In this document: one piece after another, positions 36,753 to 40,594 of the stretch
Position numbering within the stretch: the first letter of the stretch is position 1
Layout: every line of letters starts with the position of its first letter
Origin: Escherichia phage SR04
Sequence record: OQ870567.1
DNA: 40,594 nucleotides
Strand: one strand, 5' to 3'
Translations under genes and position numbers: made by a program
Notes under the pieces: generated by a model
The model's input: only the letters and a program-made list of their open reading frames with translations
What the model was told of the DNA's origin: nothing
Database searches by the model: none

Positions 36753-38519
36753 TTAGTGGAACGTAACGTATGACCCTAGTCCCAGCTCGTCGTCCGTATC
36801 GTGAGTTACCCGGACCCCATTGTCCCAGAACTCAGTGTGGATGGACTCGAAGCCTTTCCGTGGGTTCTCCATCTGTTCCTCCAGCCACTCCTCAGTGACT
36901 TCACGTTCGCCTTTGTTGGCATCCTTAGCCATCGACTCAACGAAGAACTGTACACCGATAGCCAGCGCATCAAGTCGGTCATCGTGTGCCAAGGCTCCAC
37001 GCTCACGAGAGATACGGGTCATCTGGTAGAAGAGAGAGTAGATAGGGTTACGAACACCATCCTTATCAGAGGCTGACTGGTAGTCTTGGACGATAGCAGC
37101 AGCGTTAACGATAAGTCTGTGAGACCCCATGATAGGCTCCAGAACGTCACAGATGCGGAGTTCTTTCTGACCCTTACTCTTCACTTCAGTTACAGCAGCA
37201 GGATGGATACGGGCAGCTACAGGCTTGAATAGCTCAAGGTACATACCATCGCCGAAGTTACCCTCAATAACGTATTCGTTGACCTTCCACTTACGACCAA
37301 TCTTAGCCAAGGCTTCCAGCGTAGAGTCTTCATAGCCACCGCGCATACCACCAACTTCCATAGCGAAGATGTAGCCGTTGAGCTGGTACAGTACCGCATA
37401 ACCAGTTTCATCCTTACCACGACCACTAGGGTCAATGACCAGAATCTTCTGGGTGTACGAACTGAAGGCAGAACCTACAGTCTGATACGTGTGGTACGAG
37501 TCACCCATGAGTCCAACGTTAGGAACGTCCTCACGCTTGTTCTGAGGGTTCGGCAACCATTGGTAGACCATTGGGCTAGACTCTGGGTCCAAGTCTGCTA
37601 CGATAAGGTCACGGAGCTTCAGAGGGTACTTCTCTGCATCACTCAGGTTCGGGTTAAGCATGAACTGTAGAGCGAAGCCAGCTTTACCATAGGACAGTTC
37701 ACGTTCCTTCAGGTCCGTATCATCGAATCGTACTTCATCGGTAGGACGCCAGTAGAAGGACTCAGGGTCCTCTTCAAGCTCTGCCTGAAGCATAGGAGCC
37801 AGACGGTCGCCGTAAGACTGCCAGTCCTTCTTATCGCGTGGGTAGCGAGCGGGCCAGATGGTAGTGGTATATCCACGACCTTCCAGCTCACGATACAAGG
37901 TCATCTCGTTCTGAGGAGTACCCAGATAGATGATTGTACCTCCCGGCTTCAGGATAGCGTCGAACTCTTTCACAAGCTCTGACAGACGGTCTCGTGCAGC
38001 CTGAGTCGCTGAGTTGTTCGGAACCTCCACGTCATCGGCAATCAGGATGTCAGCACGACTACCAGTCAACTGACCAGTGATACCAACGGACTTAACTGAA
38101 GGTGAGTGGTCTGGCTTGGCTGGTCCAACGTCGAAGCTGATAACCGCATCTCGCTGCCCCTGCTTAGGTTTGAGTTCCTGAAGCTGAGGCATGAGGTCGA
38201 TGATTCGCTTGATGAAGATGGAGTTCGCATCGGCTCGTTCCTTTGAGGCCGACACAATCATGAACTTCAAGTCTGGGTTGTTCCATAGCTTCCAGACCAC
38301 GAAACCACAGGTCAGAAACGACTTGCCAATACCACGGAACGCCTGAAGTATGAATCGGCGATTATCCCCCGCAGCCAGCTTCTTACACATATCTATCTGG
38401 CAGCGGGTTGGAACCGGAAGGCTAAGAGCTTTCCAGAGAACGAAGATGAAGAACACGAAGTCGTCCCTCATCCTTTGGGTCATTTCTGCCTGTCTTTCAA
38501 CAGGTGTTTTCTTAGACAT
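36753..38519 (-). CDS. Terminase large subunit (gp19-like, 588 aa)
   Basis: Size, position and general similarity to T7 gp19. Confidence 0.9.
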   Translation of the reverse strand: MSKKTPVERQAEMTQRMRDDFVFFIFVLWKALSLPVPTRCQIDMCKKLAAGDNRRFILQAFRGIGKSFLTCGFVVWKLWNNPDLKFMIVSASKERADANSIFIKRIIDLMPQLQELKPKQGQRDAVISFDVGPAKPDHSPSVKSVGITGQLTGSRADILIADDVEVPNNSATQAARDRLSELVKEFDAILKPGGTIIYLGTPQNEMTLYRELEGRGYTTTIWPARYPRDKKDWQSYGDRLAPMLQAELEEDPESFYWRPTDEVRFDDTDLKERELSYGKAGFALQFMLNPNLSDAEKYPLKLRDLIVADLDPESSPMVYQWLPNPQNKREDVPNVGLMGDSYHTYQTVGSAFSSYTQKILVIDPSGRGKDETGYAVLYQLNGYIFAMEVGGMRGGYEDSTLEALAKIGRKWKVNEYVIEGNFGDGMYLELFKPVAARIHPAAVTEVKSKGQKELRICDVLEPIMGSHRLIVNAAAIVQDYQSASDKDGVRNPIYSLFYQMTRISRERGALAHDDRLDALAIGVQFFVESMAKDANKGEREVTEEWLEEQMENPRKGFESIHTEFWDNGVRVTHDTDDELGLGSYVTFH

Positions 38520-38952
38520 AGAGTCCCTCCAGCATTAGGTCCCGGACAGAGATAGCCTCCTCTAAAGTAGGACGTGTTGTTCGCATACGGACTCCCTTAC
38601 GCATGACCTCGATAGCGTAGCCATTCTGATGGAACGATATGTTCTTAACTCCAGTCTTTGAGTCAGAATGTCCTGAGGTGTTGCAGGAGTTCTCGCTTGA
38701 AGTAACTAGCCGGAGGTTGTCCAGCCTGTTGTTAGTCCGGCAGCGGTCAATATGGTCAATCTCCATACCTTCTGGTATAGGACCGTGGGTTAGTTCCCAG
38801 ACGACTCTATGGGCCAGCAGGAGTCCATGACGTCGAGTTCCTACCTGATAATACCCGTGGTTTCCCACACACCCAACATCCTTACCAGAACGCATGGACT
38901 TCAGGCCAGACTTACTGGACTCATTATAGATATACGAATCACTGAGCATCAT
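38512..38952 (-). CDS. HNH homing endonuclease 3 (146 aa), inserted between Rz and the large terminase gene
   Basis: HNH motif [34 protein letters not shown]; about 85% nucleotide identity to HNH1 over the core; ATGA overlap with the Rz stop. Confidence 0.8.
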   Translation of the reverse strand: MMLSDSYIYNESSKSGLKSMRSGKDVGCVGNHGYYQVGTRRHGLLLAHRVVWELTHGPIPEGMEIDHIDRCRTNNRLDNLRLVTSSENSCNTSGHSDSKTGVKNISFHQNGYAIEVMRKGVRMRTTRPTLEEAISVRDLMLEGLYV

Positions 38953-39392
38953 TGCTCCTTATCTTGCTGCAAGGCTCTCACAGTGTCCTGAAGGGCCTTA
39001 ATCCACTTGTCTCCTTTCACTCCGATGGCGATAAGACGTTTAGCATCTCGTTCGTCAAGTTCGGCGTAACCATCAATGACGCATCTACCGTCACTTTGCG
39101 TGGTTCCACTCGTTGACTTGACTCGGATGCGCAGCCGCTTATTGTCAGACTGAAGGTCAGCAATAATCCTATCAGTGCTGCCTTCCAGCGAGGACATTTC
39201 GTCCTGAAACCGTTTGGACACTTTGTTGACTTCAGCTTGGACAGCAAGCCTTGTATCTTCCGATGCCTTAAGATTCGAGGTGTATTCCTCATTGACCTTA
39301 GCCTCCCACTTATTGTTAGCGGTGTTGTAGCCACCAGCAAACATCACTGCTGCAAGTAACCACGGAGCCGCTCTCTTTAAAAATTCGAGCAT
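38949..39392 (-). CDS. Rz-like i-spanin (gp18.5-like, 147 aa)
   Basis: MLEFL N-terminal transmembrane segment, EGSTDRII.DL.SDNKRLR.RVK and RDAKR.L align with T7 gp18.5. Confidence 0.85.
   Translation of the reverse strand: MLEFLKRAAPWLLAAVMFAGGYNTANNKWEAKVNEEYTSNLKASEDTRLAVQAEVNKVSKRFQDEMSSLEGSTDRIIADLQSDNKRLRIRVKSTSGTTQSDGRCVIDGYAELDERDAKRLIAIGVKGDKWIKALQDTVRALQQDKEQ
39017..39292 (-). CDS. Rz1-like o-spanin lipoprotein embedded in the +1 frame of Rz (about 91 aa from MRNTPR)
   Basis: PRWK.ALIGL...ISGCASES lipobox and D.SLMV.PNLT.EMLNV match T7 gp18.7. Confidence 0.7.
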   Translation of the reverse strand: MRNTPRILRHRKIQGLLSKLKSTKCPNGFRTKCPRWKAALIGLLLTFSLTISGCASESSQRVEPRKVTVDASLMVTPNLTNEMLNVLSPSE

Positions 39393-39450
39393 AGTTGCCC
39401 TCCCGGTTTATCAGATTTCACGTAGAGTCGCCTCCACTAGTTAGTGTTAA

Positions 39451-39490
39451 CCATAAAGGCCACTACATATAGTAATGACCTTGAGTCTAA
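39451..39490 (-). promoter_or_regulatory. RNase III-type processing hairpin (R18.5-like)
   Basis: Minus strand AAGGUCAUUAC-UAUAU-GUAGUGGCCUU; third copy of the conserved hairpin, upstream of the Rz gene as T7 R18.5. Confidence 0.45.
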
Positions 39491-39493
39491 CAC

Positions 39494-39757
39494 TTATTGA
39501 ATACCATACCCTGTGTCATTATCCTCAGTCGCTGAAAGCACCTTATCGTACTCTGCGTTCAGGGCCTCCATATCAGCCAGCGTCTTCTCGTCCACAGACA
39601 CCTTACTTAACACAAAGTTGTGACGAGCAAGCAGCTTCTCAATGGCGTTGTAGAGCTGAGGTGAACGCTTAGTGTCATCCCGCAGGTCTTGCAGCATGAG
39701 TCGAGCACGTTCAGTATCTAGCATTAAGAGGAACTTCTCTAAGTCCATCTGCGTCAT
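39494..39757 (-). CDS. Terminase small subunit (gp18-like, 87 aa)
   Basis: FL.MLDT, RSPQLYNAI.KLL.RH.F align with T7 gp18. Confidence 0.85.
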   Translation of the reverse strand: MTQMDLEKFLLMLDTERARLMLQDLRDDTKRSPQLYNAIEKLLARHNFVLSKVSVDEKTLADMEALNAEYDKVLSATEDNDTGYGIQ

Positions 39758-39951
39758 GTTTTACCACCGCCTCCTTTAATCGTTTTGTAGACTAGCACAC
39801 CAATCTGGACAACGGTGTACGCGATAGCTGCAACGTAGAACCATTCGTTCAGCGTAAGTCCGAAGAAGAACCGACTGGCACCATCAGCCGCAGCGGTCCC
39901 GACGATAGGAGAGGCTTTAAGGACCTCATTCTTGAAGTCTAACTCAATCAT
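39754..39951 (-). CDS. Class II holin (gp17.5-like, 65 aa)
   Basis: KA.PIVGT..AD.SAR.FFGL.LNEWFYVAAIAYTVVQIG is near-identical to T7 gp17.5. Confidence 0.9.
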   Translation of the reverse strand: MIELDFKNEVLKASPIVGTAAADGASRFFFGLTLNEWFYVAAIAYTVVQIGVLVYKTIKGGGGKT

Positions 39952-40084
39952 AAAACCTCCAGTTTAAAGCGGGTCGTCCGTGACCCAAAGTTGTTACCTT
40001 ATGTTGTTTAGCGTGTAGTTAGCCTCTACCTACACAACCTTCTAACATCTACCCCACCAACTTAATGGCAAAGGGTTTTGTTTA

Positions 40085-40517
40085 TTACTTCTGTTCAAGG
40101 GCAGAAAGTCTGGCTTCGATTCTTTCCAGTTTTCTTCTCTGATAAGCGGCTTCAGCAAAGAAAATTCCGTCAGGCCGAACACCCCACTCCTCACCCCCTT
40201 CATGGATAACCACCTCAGTGAATACAGGCTCTTCCGTAGTAGTGACATTACCCTCCTCGTCAGTGTGTTCAATGATTTCATTGTGCGAAAATACCGTATC
40301 GGTCATCCGTGGATACTTGTCATAGCACAGAACGGCATAACGACAATTCGTACTGTTTTCATCCATCAGACCGTGTGCAATGAATACATCACGAATTTGC
40401 TGAGCAATAACCCCGAAGTGAATACGAGCATCAGTGCCTTTCAGTTGAACAGCATCTAACCATTGATACATGATGTAGTGAACGTCACCCCAGGCATCTA
40501 GGAAAGCATCATCAAAA
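40085..40517 (-). CDS. Tail spike / endosialidase, 3' part: C-terminal intramolecular chaperone domain and stop; joins 1-2762 across the junction for 1064 aa in total
   Basis: Frame continuity across the junction: 2762 + 433 nt = 1065 codons. The C-terminus ...RKLERIEARLSALEQK is the tail of a chaperone-type domain recalled from endosialidase tail spikes. Confidence 0.8.
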
Positions 40518-40594
40518 ACTACCGGCTCTGTTTTCTTCTCCCCATTAGAAGTAACAATAGGGTTGCTTCCGAGATATGCAGTTGTGAAACGGTT
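40518..40594. repeat. 77-bp exact duplicate of window positions 1-77 (circular assembly overlap)
   Basis: Direct comparison of both window ends; typical k-mer-length overlap of a circularised contig. Confidence 0.9.

Overview
The window is a complete T7-like podophage genome (Autographiviridae), assembled as a circle and opened inside the tail-spike gene: bases 1-77 are identical to 40518-40594, so the unique length is about 40,517 bp. Every credible gene is on the minus strand, in canonical T7 order reading from high to low coordinates: terminal repeat and early sigma70 promoter region (~35.0-35.8 kb), early genes including an Ocr homologue, RNA polymerase, class II DNA metabolism genes (ligase, SSB, endonuclease I, amidase/lysozyme, primase-helicase, DNA polymerase, exonuclease), class III virion genes (portal, scaffold, capsid 10A/10B, tail tube, internal virion proteins), then tail spike, holin, small terminase, Rz/Rz1, large terminase and gene 19.5. 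The tail spike is a 1064-aa endosialidase with sialidase Asp-boxes and a C-terminal chaperone domain, which from memory matches coliphage K1F; the phage is therefore K1-capsule specific and K1F-like. I found eleven phage-RNAP promoters of the form CTAAACTATCACTATAGG, T7 TE-like and Tphi-like terminators, a family of conserved RNase III-type hairpins, a capsid -1 frameshift site, and three HNH homing endonuclease genes. No tRNA, CRISPR array, integrase or plus-strand gene is supported. I did not find one clearly novel multi-gene system; the best candidates for undescribed biology are the unannotated early and middle small ORFs (anti-defence or host-takeover candidates), the atypical gp16 N-terminus, and a phage promoter directly upstream of the RNAP gene. 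Coordinates of motifs and of small ORFs I translated by hand may be off by 1-2 bp; ORF-track coordinates are used wherever possible.
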